From NCBI GenBank assembly GCA_963772245.1, contig CAVYWB010000001.1, forward strand, positions 664,977 through 728,976: 64,000 nucleotides of DNA. The letters run 5' to 3'. The translations under genes were made by a program, and so were the position numbers. The stretch comes from an uncultured Chloroflexia bacterium. Its GTDB lineage: Bacteria > Chloroflexota > Anaerolineae > Anaerolineales > Villigracilaceae. Under the pieces are notes generated by a model that saw only the letters and a list, made by a program, of their open reading frames with translations, was not told the origin of the DNA and ran no database searches. Below, in pieces: positions 47,446-57,536 of this stretch. Numbering within the stretch: the first letter of the stretch is position 1; the number at the start of each line of letters is the position of its first letter.

Positions 47446-48567
47446 ATGATGTCTCGCAAAATCTTTTATATCGCAGTTCTGGTTGTATTGGTAGCCAGCC
47501 TGGTAGGTTGCGCCCCCAAGGCAGCCTCCACCACCACCACTGGCAAGACCATTGTTGGCCTTTCCTTCTCGGACTATGCGACCGAGCGCTGGCCAATTGA
47601 ATTGGCCCAGATGACTCAATTGCTTCAGAAAATGGGCTACCAGGTGATCGCTCAGGAAGCCGACCATGACGTCAAGCTGCAAAGCGACCAGATCGATAAC
47701 ATGGTCAGCCTGGGCGCCAAGGGCTTGATCGTTATCGCCGAAGATGGCGCAGCCGCTGTCACCCCTGTGGAAAAAGCTGCCGCCGCTGGCGTTCCTACGA
47801 TCTCCTATGACCGCCTGATCAAGACCGACAAGATCGCGGCTTATATTTCCTTCGATAACGTGGAAGTCGGCAAGCAGGAAGCCCTGGGCGTCATGACGGC
47901 CCTGGGCCTGCCCGGCAGCACCACCTGGACGAAAGCCAATCCAGCCAAGGTGGTTCTCTCCGGCGGCTCCCCGACCGATAACAACGCAGTCCTGGTCCGC
48001 CAGGGCCAGATGGAAGTAATCCAGCCCTACATCGACTCCGGCGTTATCAAGATCGTAGCCGACCAGTGGGTCGAAAACTGGGACCCGGCTAAGGCAGAAT
48101 CCATGATGGAGAACATCCTGACTGCCAACCAGAACAAGATCGATGCCGTGGTCGCCTCGAACGATGGTACTGCTCTGGGCGAACTGCAGGCGCTGGCTGC
48201 CCAGGGATTGGCCGGCAAGGTGCCGATCTCAGGACAGGATGCCACTGCGGATGGCTGCAACAGCATCGTCAAGGGCCAACAGACCGTGACCGTATTCAAG
48301 GATACACGCCTTCTGGCCCCGAAGGCTGTCACCATGATCGATCAACTGATCAAGGGCCAGAAACTCACCGGCCTGACCAGCTACACACTGGCTGTCCTGA
48401 CCGGCGACAAGACCCTGACCGGAAGCATCCAGGCTGCCTTCCTGCCGGTTGTCCAGGTCACCAAGGCCAATGTCTATGATGTGGTTGTGAAGAGCGGCTT
48501 CCAGACCTACGACGCAGTGTATCGCGGCATTCCCGCCGACCAACTGCCTCCCACTTTGACACCTTAA
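47446..48567 (+). CDS. xylF: D-xylose ABC transporter substrate-binding lipoprotein
   Basis: Lipobox LVGC. Long colinear similarity to E. coli XylF: ERW, YISFDN.EVG, GGSP.DNNA.L.R.GQM.V..PY.DSG.IK.V.DQWV..W.P, NKIDAVVASNDGTA, ISGQDA. Confidence 0.9.
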   Translation: MMSRKIFYIAVLVVLVASLVGCAPKAASTTTTGKTIVGLSFSDYATERWPIELAQMTQLLQKMGYQVIAQEADHDVKLQSDQIDNMVSLGAKGLIVIAEDGAAAVTPVEKAAAAGVPTISYDRLIKTDKIAAYISFDNVEVGKQEALGVMTALGLPGSTTWTKANPAKVVLSGGSPTDNNAVLVRQGQMEVIQPYIDSGVIKIVADQWVENWDPAKAESMMENILTANQNKIDAVVASNDGTALGELQALAAQGLAGKVPISGQDATADGCNSIVKGQQTVTVFKDTRLLAPKAVTMIDQLIKGQKLTGLTSYTLAVLTGDKTLTGSIQAAFLPVVQVTKANVYDVVVKSGFQTYDAVYRGIPADQLPPTLTP

Positions 48568-48702
48568 TCAATAATTTATAACCAATCCCCGGCTCCCTTT
48601 GATATTATTGGGGGGGGCCGGGGAGATCATATTTATTGCAGGTTAGAAAATCCCGATTTATTGAAAGCCGTGCCGGTAGAGCTTTTACCGAAGGAGTTCG
48701 CA

Positions 48703-50235
48703 GTGGATAATGATATTATTCTCGATTTTCAGCATGTTACTAAAAAATTTCCAGGTGTGGTTGCCTTGGATGATGTGTCATTCTCCATCGACCGTGGTGA
48801 AATTCACGGCATATGTGGGGAGAATGGCGCCGGCAAATCCACCCTGGTGAAGATACTTTCCGGTGTATATCCGCACGGAACTTATGAAGGTTCCGTGATC
48901 TACAACGGCAATGAATTGAAACTGATTCAAAGCTCCATTCATGAAGCGGTCAAGGCAGGCATTGCGATTGTGTACCAGGAATTGACCCTGGTTCCCACCC
49001 GCACGGTTGGCGAGAACGTCTTCCTGGGTAAGGAACCGGTGGAACACGGACTGATCAACTGGAACAAGCTGTACGCAGACACCCAGGCGATCCTGGATAA
49101 GTACCAACTGGATGTCGACCCGCGCGCCACGGTGAGAAACCTGGGCGTCGGCAAGATGCAAATGGTCGAGATAGCCAAGGCACTTTCCGAAGATGCCAAG
49201 ATCTTGATCCTGGATGAGCCCACGAGCGCTCTCAGTCAGGGCGAGGTCCAAAAGCTGATGGAAATCTTGAGGGGGCTCAAGGAGCACGGCATCACCTGCA
49301 TTTATATTTCCCACCGGCTGGAGGAATTCTTTGGCATCACGGACCGGGTAACGGTAATGCGGGATGGCAAGATCATTATTACGAAACCGACCAAGGATGT
49401 GACCCAGGGCGACCTGGTCAAATACATGGTCGGTCGGGAAATGAAAGAGCGCTTCCCCAAGGGAAATCGGAAACCAGGGGAAGTGATATTTGAAGTGGAA
49501 GGTCTTGAAGCAGTCGACCCCAATAATCCTGCGCGCAAAGTCCTGGACGGCGTCAGCTTCAATGTGCGAAAGGGCGAGATATTTGGAATTGCCGGGTTGA
49601 TGGGTTCGGGCCGCACCGAATTGGTGCTGACGCTCTTTGGCGAATTCGCAAAGGTTTCAAAGGGTCAGGTCCGGCTGGAGGGGAAACCAATCGAACCAAA
49701 AAGCGCCCGCCAAGCGATCGATTCAGGCTTGAGCCTGGTGCCGGAAGACCGCAAGCTGATGGGCCTGGTGCTGATCCAATCCATCCTCAAGAACATTTCA
49801 CTGCCCAACCTGAATCAATTTTCTAAATTTGCCAGCATCAATGCCAATGAGGAAATGAAGGCCAGTCAGCAGCAGGCGAAGAGCCTGACCATCAAGGCGC
49901 CCAACCTGGAAGTAAAAGCGGAAACCTTATCGGGCGGCAACCAGCAGAAGGTGGTCATCTCAAAATGGCTGCTTACCAAGCCGCAGGTCATGATCATGGA
50001 TGATCCAACACGTGGTATCGATGTGGGAGCTAAGTTCGAGATTTACAAATTGATGAATGAACTGGCCGAGAAGGGCGTGGCAGTCATCATGATCTCCAGT
50101 GATCTGGAAGAAGTGCTGGGAATGAGCGATCGGGTAATGGTAATGTGCCGGGGCCATTCCACCCTGACACTGCCGATCGCGGAAGCCAGCCAGGAACGCG
50201 TCATGAGCCTGGCAACCGGTGTTGCCGTTGCATAA
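48703..50235 (+). CDS. xylG: sugar (xylose) ABC transporter ATP-binding protein, duplicated ATPase
   Basis: I chose the GTG at 48703, which follows AAGGAG at 6 nt (track ORF starts at the TTG at 48661). Walker A GENGAGKST, signatures VGKMQMVEIA and LSGGNQQKV, Walker B ILILDEPT and VMIMDDPT. Confidence 0.9.
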   Translation: MDNDIILDFQHVTKKFPGVVALDDVSFSIDRGEIHGICGENGAGKSTLVKILSGVYPHGTYEGSVIYNGNELKLIQSSIHEAVKAGIAIVYQELTLVPTRTVGENVFLGKEPVEHGLINWNKLYADTQAILDKYQLDVDPRATVRNLGVGKMQMVEIAKALSEDAKILILDEPTSALSQGEVQKLMEILRGLKEHGITCIYISHRLEEFFGITDRVTVMRDGKIIITKPTKDVTQGDLVKYMVGREMKERFPKGNRKPGEVIFEVEGLEAVDPNNPARKVLDGVSFNVRKGEIFGIAGLMGSGRTELVLTLFGEFAKVSKGQVRLEGKPIEPKSARQAIDSGLSLVPEDRKLMGLVLIQSILKNISLPNLNQFSKFASINANEEMKASQQQAKSLTIKAPNLEVKAETLSGGNQQKVVISKWLLTKPQVMIMDDPTRGIDVGAKFEIYKLMNELAEKGVAVIMISSDLEEVLGMSDRVMVMCRGHSTLTLPIAEASQERVMSLATGVAVA

Positions 50236-50272
50236 TCCAAACCAATAAAATTAATGAAGCGAGGTAAATTCC

Positions 50273-51478
50273 ATGAGCTCTTCTGTCACTGAAATGAAAC
50301 CAGACGCAAGTTTAGGATCCAGGGTCTCCCAGGCCATCCGACGTAATATTCAGACCTATACGCTGATCATTGCCGTGGTCGTCATCTGGGCAATTTTTGC
50401 CATTACAACCACCGGCAAGTACCTGGATCCGCAAAATATCTCCAACCTTTTCCGCCAGATGTCCGTGACGTCTTTCCTTTCGATCGGCATGGTACTGGTG
50501 ATCGTGACCGGAGGCATCGATCTGTCAGTAGGCAAACTGGCGGGTTTTGTTTCCGTGGTGGTGGCGTACCTGCAATTCTACGTTTGGTTTAGCTTATTCC
50601 CTACCCAAGTGTTTCTGCCGGCCGTGCTTTCCGTTATCTGCGGCCTGGCAGTGGGTGTCCTGGCAGGCCTGCTGCAAGGCTACATCATTGCCTACCAGGG
50701 ATTGCCGGCGTTCATTGTGACGCTGGGCGGCATGTGGCTGTTCAACGGCCTGCTACTGCTGGTGACCCAGGGCAAGACCATTGCGGCGGATCAAGCCGTG
50801 TTTTCAGACATTGCCCAGGGCTACATCCCAGCCGTGTGGGGCATCGTGATATTCGTATTAATTCTGATATTCCTGGGATGGAACGTTTTCAGCAGCCGAG
50901 CCGGCAAACAGAAATACGGTTTTAAGTTGCGCCCGCTTTACCTGGACTTGGTGGGGGCGATCATCCCGGCGATATTGATCCTGGCTTATGTCCTCAGTGT
51001 CAATGCGTACAAGGGTATCCCTGTACCGGTGCTGCTGCTGGCATTTGTGGCCATGGTAATGGTCTATATCTCCAACAATACCCGCTTTGGCCGCTATGCC
51101 TATGCCATCGGCGGCAACCGGGAAGCAGCCCGGCTCTCTGGGATTAACATTACCAGCGTCCTGTTCCGGGTTTTCATCCTGATGGGCTTCCTATGCGGTG
51201 TAGCCGGCATTGTGCTGGCCTCCTATGTGGGATATGGCACCATTGCCGCCGGCACCGGCTATGAATTGGATGCGATTGCCGCTTGCATCCTGGGCGGCAC
51301 ATCCCCGCTGGGAGGCGTCGGTACAGTTCCGGGTGCCTTGATCGGTGCTCTGATCATTGCCAGCCTCACCAATGGAATGCAGATGATGGACTTTGCACCA
51401 GCCTGGCAGTATGTCGTGAAAGCCATCATCCTGGTACTGGCAGTGCTGCTCGACGTTTACTTTAAAAGGAGCCGCTAA
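50273..51478 (+). CDS. xylH: sugar (xylose) ABC transporter permease
   Basis: About 10 TM helices, BPD_transp_2-type motif TGGIDLSVG. The stop overlaps the xylA start (TAATG). Confidence 0.88.
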   Translation: MSSSVTEMKPDASLGSRVSQAIRRNIQTYTLIIAVVVIWAIFAITTTGKYLDPQNISNLFRQMSVTSFLSIGMVLVIVTGGIDLSVGKLAGFVSVVVAYLQFYVWFSLFPTQVFLPAVLSVICGLAVGVLAGLLQGYIIAYQGLPAFIVTLGGMWLFNGLLLLVTQGKTIAADQAVFSDIAQGYIPAVWGIVIFVLILIFLGWNVFSSRAGKQKYGFKLRPLYLDLVGAIIPAILILAYVLSVNAYKGIPVPVLLLAFVAMVMVYISNNTRFGRYAYAIGGNREAARLSGINITSVLFRVFILMGFLCGVAGIVLASYVGYGTIAAGTGYELDAIAACILGGTSPLGGVGTVPGALIGALIIASLTNGMQMMDFAPAWQYVVKAIILVLAVLLDVYFKRSR

Positions 51479-52647
51479 TGACTAATGCATATGCTCCCAA
51501 CCCTGAGCATAAGTTCTCCTTTGGCCTGTGGACCGTTGGGAATACTGGCCGCGACCCGTTTGGCAGTGCAGTGCGCGAGCCAAAGACACCGGCGGAACTC
51601 GTCCATCTGCTGGGTGAGGTGGGGGCGTACGGCGTCAACTTTCATGATAATGACCTGATCCCGATCGATGCCACATCGGCCGAGGCAGACAAGATCAAGA
51701 AAGAATTCCGCAAGGCGCTGGAGGAGACCGGGCTTAAAGTACCGATGGCAACCACCAACCTGTTCTTTGACCCGATCTTCAAGGACGGTGCATTCACATC
51801 CAACGACGCCAGGGTGCGTGCTTACGCCCTCCAGAAGACCATAAGGGCAATCGACCTGGGGGCGGAGTTTGGCGCAAAAGTTTATGTTTTCTGGGGCGGG
51901 CGGGAAGGCACGGAAACGGATGCGAGCAAGAACCCGCTTTCGGCGATCCAGCGCAACCGGGAGGCGATGAACTTCCTGTGTGAATACGTGCTGGACAGGA
52001 AATACGACCTGAAGCTGGCCCTGGAAGCCAAACCGAACGAGCCGCGCGGCGACATGTTCAATGCCACCACGGGCCATATGCTGGCTTTCATTGAGACTCT
52101 CGATCACCCCGAAATGGTGGGAGTCAACCCGGAAGTGGCGCACGAGCATATGTCGGGACTAAATTTTCTGCACGGTGTGGCGCAGGCCTGGGATGCAGGC
52201 AAACTGTTCCACATCGATCTGAATGACCAGTACCCCGGGCGGTACGACCAGGACCTGCGCTTCGGCTCGCGCGACCTGAAAGCAGCCTTCTTCCTCGTGA
52301 AATTTCTGGAAGATGTCGGTTACCAGGGCTCGCGTCACTTCGATGCACATGCCTACCGCACCGAGGATTACGAAGGTGTGAAGGACTTTGCACGCGGCTG
52401 CATGCGCACCTACCTGATATTGAAGGAAAAGGCCGCCCAATGGAACGCCGACAAGGAAATCCAAGCCTTGCTGGCAACAGTAAACGCCGAGGACGGCAGC
52501 ATGGCACCCTTCTTTGGTAAATACTCGGCGGCCAAAGCGGCTGCACTGCGGGCACAGACGTTCGACCGGGCCGGCATCGCCAGCCGGGGAATGCAATATG
52601 AGCGGCTGGACCAATTGACGATCGATTTACTGCTGGGTGCGCGCTGA
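51478..52647 (+). CDS. xylA: xylose isomerase, class I (short, actinobacterial/Thermus type)
   Basis: 389 aa. [36 protein letters not shown] metal and catalytic motifs. Confidence 0.95.
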   Translation: MTNAYAPNPEHKFSFGLWTVGNTGRDPFGSAVREPKTPAELVHLLGEVGAYGVNFHDNDLIPIDATSAEADKIKKEFRKALEETGLKVPMATTNLFFDPIFKDGAFTSNDARVRAYALQKTIRAIDLGAEFGAKVYVFWGGREGTETDASKNPLSAIQRNREAMNFLCEYVLDRKYDLKLALEAKPNEPRGDMFNATTGHMLAFIETLDHPEMVGVNPEVAHEHMSGLNFLHGVAQAWDAGKLFHIDLNDQYPGRYDQDLRFGSRDLKAAFFLVKFLEDVGYQGSRHFDAHAYRTEDYEGVKDFARGCMRTYLILKEKAAQWNADKEIQALLATVNAEDGSMAPFFGKYSAAKAAALRAQTFDRAGIASRGMQYERLDQLTIDLLLGAR

Positions 52648-52821
52648 GGTCTTTCCCCGACTTTTTTGAACTGGCTGAATATCAGGCAGATTCAATAACT
52701 ATTCTCCTCCTTGGAATTGTGCCCGTCATCGATAAGGTGACGGGCACATGCCAAACTTTCTCAATAGTGTGTTAATCTGATTCCTTTCCCCGGTGACCTT
52801 TCTTTCGTGGAGAAGTCTTTA

Positions 52822-54321
52822 ATGTCAAAAACCTATTTCCTCGGCATCGATGTATCTACCACCGGCAGCAAGGCACTACTGGTGGATGAAAACGGGGTGG
52901 TGGCGGCCACGGCGGCGGGGTCGCACACGCTGCAGACACCCAAGCCGCTCTGGTCGGAGCAGGACCCGCGCGAGTGGTGGCAGGCATGCACCACAGCGGT
53001 GCGGGCAGTGCTCCAAAAGGCTGGAATTAGCGGAGAAAGCGTACTGGCGGTGGGGCTGACCGGGCAGATGCACGGCCTTGTGTTACTCGACGAGCAGGGA
53101 GAGGTGCTGCGCCCGGCGATCCTGTGGAACGACCAACGCACGCAGGCGCAGTGCAATGAAATCCACCGGCGGTTCGGGCGCGAGAAGTTCATCCAGATCA
53201 CCGGCAACGTGGCGTTACCGGGTTTCACCGCGCCGAAGATCCTATGGGTGCAGGAAAACGAGCCGGAAGTGTATGCAAAAGCACGGCATGTGTTGCTGCC
53301 CAAGGATGCCATCCGCCACCAACTGACCGGCGATTATGCGATGGATAAAGCGGACGGCTCCGGGACAGTGTTGTTTGACCTGAAGAAGCGGGCCTGGTCT
53401 ACGGAAGTGCTGGCGGCGCTGGGCATCCCGGCTGGGTGGATGCCGCCAACATTCGAAGGGCCGGAATTCACCGGAACCATCACGAAGGCGGCGGCCAGCG
53501 CAACCGGCTTGAAGGAGGGTACACCGGTGGCAGCCGGAGGGGGCGACCAGGCGGCCCAGGCGGTGGGCGTGGGGGTGGTGGAAACGGGTGTGGTGGCTTT
53601 AACGGTTGGCACCAGCGGCGTGGTGTTTGCCACGACCCCCTCGGCGCTGGTTGAGCCGGAAGGCCGCCTGCATGCGTTCTGCCATGCCGTTCCGGGTATG
53701 TGGCATTTCATGGGAGTCATGCTTTCGGCAGCCGGCAGTCTGCAGTGGTACCGGGATACGCTGGCGCCAGGGATGAGCTTTGACGAACTGCTGCACGAGG
53801 CGGAAGCAGTGCCGGCCGGCAGCGAGGGCCTGCAGTTCCTGCCTTACCTGAGCGGCGAGCGCACGCCTTACCCCGACCCGCTGGCACGCGGCGCCTTTGT
53901 GGGGCTGACTCTGCGGCACGGGCGCGGCCACCTGACACGAGCGCTGCTCGAGGGGGTCTCGTTTGGCCTGAAAGACAGCTTTACACTGATCCAGAACGCC
54001 GGCCTGGGAAGCATCCGGCAGGTACGCGCTTCGGGCGGCGGGACGAAAGGGGCATTATGGCGGCAGATCCTGGCATCCGTGCTGGAGGCGGAACTGGTGA
54101 CGGTCAACACAACCGAAGGGGCAGCATTCGGCGCGGCCCTGCTGGCGGGCGTTGGCATGAAGGTCTGGCCGGATGTACCAGCGGTATGCAAAGCGGCGGT
54201 TCGGATCACCGGCAGCACCCGGCCAGACCCGGCACAAGTGGAGGCTTACCGTAAAGCCTATCCACTCTATCGAGAGCTCTACCCAGCCCTCAAGCCCGGC
54301 TTCGATAAAATTGCTTTGTAA
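52822..54321 (+). CDS. xylB: xylulokinase (FGGY family)
   Basis: I chose the ATG at 52822, after GGAGAAG. LGIDVSTTGSKALL, GLTGQMHG, GGGDQAAQAVG and ASGGGTKGALWRQI are typical FGGY/XylB motifs. Confidence 0.92.
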   Translation: MSKTYFLGIDVSTTGSKALLVDENGVVAATAAGSHTLQTPKPLWSEQDPREWWQACTTAVRAVLQKAGISGESVLAVGLTGQMHGLVLLDEQGEVLRPAILWNDQRTQAQCNEIHRRFGREKFIQITGNVALPGFTAPKILWVQENEPEVYAKARHVLLPKDAIRHQLTGDYAMDKADGSGTVLFDLKKRAWSTEVLAALGIPAGWMPPTFEGPEFTGTITKAAASATGLKEGTPVAAGGGDQAAQAVGVGVVETGVVALTVGTSGVVFATTPSALVEPEGRLHAFCHAVPGMWHFMGVMLSAAGSLQWYRDTLAPGMSFDELLHEAEAVPAGSEGLQFLPYLSGERTPYPDPLARGAFVGLTLRHGRGHLTRALLEGVSFGLKDSFTLIQNAGLGSIRQVRASGGGTKGALWRQILASVLEAELVTVNTTEGAAFGAALLAGVGMKVWPDVPAVCKAAVRITGSTRPDPAQVEAYRKAYPLYRELYPALKPGFDKIAL

Positions 54322-54351
54322 AGCTTTCTCAAAAACTTTTTACCACAGATA

Positions 54352-54407
54352 AACACGGATGAACCTGATCTTTTAATAAACCAGCGCTCATCCGTGTTGA
54401 TTTTTTT
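54352..54407 (+). terminator. intrinsic terminator after xylB
   Basis: aacacggatga ... tcatccgtgtt (11-bp stem, 25-nt loop) followed by gattttttt. Confidence 0.7.
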
Positions 54408-54513
54408 AACACAATCCTGCGGAAGTTCACCGCGGGACAGGCGTACACAAAGAACTTCCCATGTGTACTTCGTGTTTTATGGTGTCTCTTTATTTTTTCT
54501 ATATTAATTCGAG

Positions 54514-54846
54514 CTAGGCGACCTTCTCAGGCAGTTTTGCTCCACAGGAGGCACAAAAACGGGCTTCGGTTGGGTTGGAAGTTCCGCATTGGATGCAGAA
54601 ATTTCCCGCCGGTTGGGGCGTTTGTGGAACGGTGGTTTGTGCAGTCGCAGCAGGGACCTCCGGAGCCGGAATGGGTTTTTGAATTTCCTCTTTAAAACCT
54701 TCGGCGGCTTCCTTGGTGCCCTTGCGGAATTCGGTGATCGTCTTTCCCAGACTGCGGCCCAACTCAGGCAATTTGTTGGCTCCGAAGATCAGGAAAGCCA
54801 CCAGGATGATGATCACGATATGGATGGGTTGGATTCCAAATGGCAT
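54514..54846 (-). CDS. tatA: TatA/E-family twin-arginine translocase subunit fused to a C-terminal zinc ribbon
   Basis: MPFGIQPIHIVIIILVAFLIFGANKLPELGRSLGKTITEFRKG (TM plus amphipathic helix), a Pro/Ala/Thr linker, then CIQCGTSNPTEARFCASCG. Confidence 0.85.
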   Translation of the reverse strand: MPFGIQPIHIVIIILVAFLIFGANKLPELGRSLGKTITEFRKGTKEAAEGFKEEIQKPIPAPEVPAATAQTTVPQTPQPAGNFCIQCGTSNPTEARFCASCGAKLPEKVA

Positions 54847-54872
54847 GGCAATCTCCTTTTCTGTAAACCCTG

Positions 54873-55286
54873 CTAACCCAGGATGGGCGGGGGGTCGGAA
54901 GGCGAGCCGGAAGGCTTGATGGTATTTTCAGGCATTTTTGAACCACATTGATTGCAAAAAAGAGCCACGGACGGGTTGGAAGCTCCACAGTGTATGCAGA
55001 ACTTGCCTGCCGGTGCCAGCAAGATCGAGGAGGCCTGGAAAGGGACCGATCCTACGGGCACCGGGCCGGCCGTCTTCGACGAGGTTGGATTATTTGTGTT
55101 CATTAAATTACCACTTCCATTGACTTCAGCACGCAGGCTGTCCGTTACCTCCCTGGTTCCTTTACGAAATTCGTTAAGCGCCTTGCCGACACTTCGTCCA
55201 ATTTCGGGTAATCTCTTAGGTCCAAAAACCAATAATGCCACCACCACAATGATCACGATATGGATGGGTTGGATTCCGAATGTCAT
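54873..55286 (-). CDS. tatA: second TatA/E-family subunit fused to a C-terminal zinc ribbon
   Basis: MTFGIQPIHIVIIVVVALLVFGPKRLPEIGRSVGKALNEFRKG, a linker, then CIHCGASNPSVALFCNQCG. Confidence 0.85.
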   Translation of the reverse strand: MTFGIQPIHIVIIVVVALLVFGPKRLPEIGRSVGKALNEFRKGTREVTDSLRAEVNGSGNLMNTNNPTSSKTAGPVPVGSVPFQASSILLAPAGKFCIHCGASNPSVALFCNQCGSKMPENTIKPSGSPSDPPPILG

Positions 55287-55531
55287 TCCAATTTCCTTTC
55301 TCAGGCCTATACTTATACCATGTTATCGTATTTTCGAGCTTAATTTATTAATATTTGAAGGAGTCAGGTTATTTTGAATAACCATCTACGAAGGTCACCA
55401 AGGGCACCCTAAGGAAGCCACCTGCCGGACATGCCAGCGAGGGTAATATTCCACCAGGTGGAAGTCAGGCAAGCCGAATCCCACTGTAAACTCAAATCGG
55501 TCCTTACCTAAAACTTTGATAAAATATACGC

Positions 55532-56410
55532 ATGAATAATTTTCACGGCCTCCCCGTAGGTGTTCTCGAAAATAACCAGATCCGTTTGGAATATTTAACT
55601 TCTGCCGGTCCGCGCATTGTAGGATTATCATATCACGGCTCGTCCAATCTGCTGGCGGATGTGTTCGATATGGCCTGGGATACTCCCAACGGCAAGTATT
55701 TTCCTCTCGGCGGGCACCGACTGTGGATCTCGCCTGAATCACCTGAGAAGACCTACGTGCCTGACGGAACAGGTTTGTCGGTGCGGGAAATACCCCAGGG
55801 CGTGGTATTAAACGGGGCCAGCGAAACCGTCTCCGGGGTGCGGAAAAGTGTGCGGATCGAAATGGAACCGGATACCCCCCGGCTTCGCCTGTACCAAACC
55901 ATCGTTAATGAAAGTTCCAACCCGCTATTTTTTGCCCCGTGGGGCATCACCCAGTTTTGCCTGGGAGGGACAGTGCTCCTGCCCCAGCCGGTTGGAAATA
56001 CCGATCCAAAGGGTTTCCTTCCGAACCGCCTGCTGGTGCTCTGGCCGTATACCACCATCCACGACGTTCGTCTGAAGCTGTGGGATGACTTCATCCTGGT
56101 GCGCGCCGAAGCCGCTTTGCCGCCAATGAAATTAGGATTCACCAACCGCGCCGGCTGGCTGGCCTACTGGAAAGACGGCATCCTGTTTCGTAAGAGTTTC
56201 GAAATGCATTCCAGCGGGGTTTATCCGGATGGAGGCTGCAACGCCGAGGTGTACTGCGGCGACCGTTTCGTGGAACTGGAAAGCCTGGGTTTGCTGGAGA
56301 GCGTTGGGTCCGGACAGGCAGTGCAACTAAACGAAATATGGGAGCTTTATCCCAGCCTGGATGTTCCGTTCGTCCCTGGCCAGATCCGGGAGCTGCTTTT
56401 GGAGAAATAG
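55532..56410 (+). CDS. galactose-mutarotase-like (DUF4380-type) protein, function unknown
   Basis: All-beta-looking 292-aa protein. ..GPRIVGLSY.., PLGGHRLWISPE and APWGITQ resemble aldose-epimerase-like supersandwich proteins. The call is by resemblance only. Confidence 0.45.
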   Translation: MNNFHGLPVGVLENNQIRLEYLTSAGPRIVGLSYHGSSNLLADVFDMAWDTPNGKYFPLGGHRLWISPESPEKTYVPDGTGLSVREIPQGVVLNGASETVSGVRKSVRIEMEPDTPRLRLYQTIVNESSNPLFFAPWGITQFCLGGTVLLPQPVGNTDPKGFLPNRLLVLWPYTTIHDVRLKLWDDFILVRAEAALPPMKLGFTNRAGWLAYWKDGILFRKSFEMHSSGVYPDGGCNAEVYCGDRFVELESLGLLESVGSGQAVQLNEIWELYPSLDVPFVPGQIRELLLEK

Positions 56411-56528
56411 AGCTAAGTTTTTCAATATCCCTCCAAAAAGATTGTGAGCGTAAAATCTGCCGTTCCCACGAACCTTCGGGAAGTATGCCAGGCCAGTAAA
56501 AGATGGGCTGATGGCAGGTCCTGTCAGT

Positions 56529-56562
56529 AAAACAGCCACCTTGAAATGAAGGTGGCTGTTTT
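56529..56562. terminator. bidirectional hairpin terminator between convergent genes
   Basis: aaaacagccacctt-gaaatg-aaggtggctgtttt, with A/T tracts on both sides. Confidence 0.7.
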
Positions 56563-56588
56563 ATATAGGAACAAGCTTGGGCTTGATA

Positions 56589-57536
56589 TTATGGCAGTGT
56601 CGTTACCGATTCTTCTTTCCGGCGGAACCAATTGCGCCACTCCTTGTTCTCCCAGACTACCAGGATGGGGGAGGCGTTGAAGATGGACGAATAGGTACCG
56701 CTGAATACACCAATCAGAAGGATGACCACAAAATGATGGATGGTGTCGCCGCCGAAAAGCGCCAGCGCCAGAAGCGTGATCATGACGGTTAACTGCGTAT
56801 TGATGGAACGATCCATTGTCTGGACGATCGAGTGGTTGACGACCGTTTCGAAGTCCACCCGGCGGTAAATGTTGGAATTTTCACGGATGCGGTCGAATAC
56901 CACAATGTCGTCATGCACAGAAAAGCCGATCACGGTTAAAAGGGCAGTCAGGAAGAGGGAATCAACCTGCCAGCCCAGGAAGTGTCCAAGGATGGCTCCC
57001 ATGCCCAAAACCACCAGGGTATCGTGGATGGTGGCGATAATGGCAGCCACGCCGAATCGAAGGGGATGATTCACCTTGCGGAAGGCGTACCAGATGTAGA
57101 TCAAAATTGCGACGGAAGCCATCACGACCGCCAACGCGGCGGCGCGTGCTACCTGTGCGCCCACCGAAGCAGTAACCTGGTTGAAGTCCTGGATAACCAC
57201 AGCCTGCCCGCCGCCATACTGGGCCTGCAAGGCTGTCACCACTTTTGTCTTGGTGGCATCATTCATTTCACGAGAACGGATGGAAAGACCATCCGTACCA
57301 AGCGGCTGGACTTCCGGATTGGATATATCCATGGCGGAGGTGGAAAGGGTGCTGTAGATCGTGTTCACTTGAGCGATGGTGGGGGGAGTGCCGGATTTAA
57401 ATTGCACTTCCAGCAGGCTGCCGCCGGTGAAATCTATGCCCAGCGGCAAACCCCAGAAGATCAAGGCAAATACACCCGGGATGATCACCAGCAGCGAAAT
57501 AGCAAAGTATAAGTAGCGATATTTAATGAGATTCAT
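56589..57536 (-). CDS. secF: protein translocase subunit SecF
   Basis: GIDFTGGS, six TM helices, DTLVVLG..GFSVHDDIVVFDRIRE. Overlaps the secD stop. Confidence 0.93.
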   Translation of the reverse strand: MNLIKYRYLYFAISLLVIIPGVFALIFWGLPLGIDFTGGSLLEVQFKSGTPPTIAQVNTIYSTLSTSAMDISNPEVQPLGTDGLSIRSREMNDATKTKVVTALQAQYGGGQAVVIQDFNQVTASVGAQVARAAALAVVMASVAILIYIWYAFRKVNHPLRFGVAAIIATIHDTLVVLGMGAILGHFLGWQVDSLFLTALLTVIGFSVHDDIVVFDRIRENSNIYRRVDFETVVNHSIVQTMDRSINTQLTVMITLLALALFGGDTIHHFVVILLIGVFSGTYSSIFNASPILVVWENKEWRNWFRRKEESVTTLP

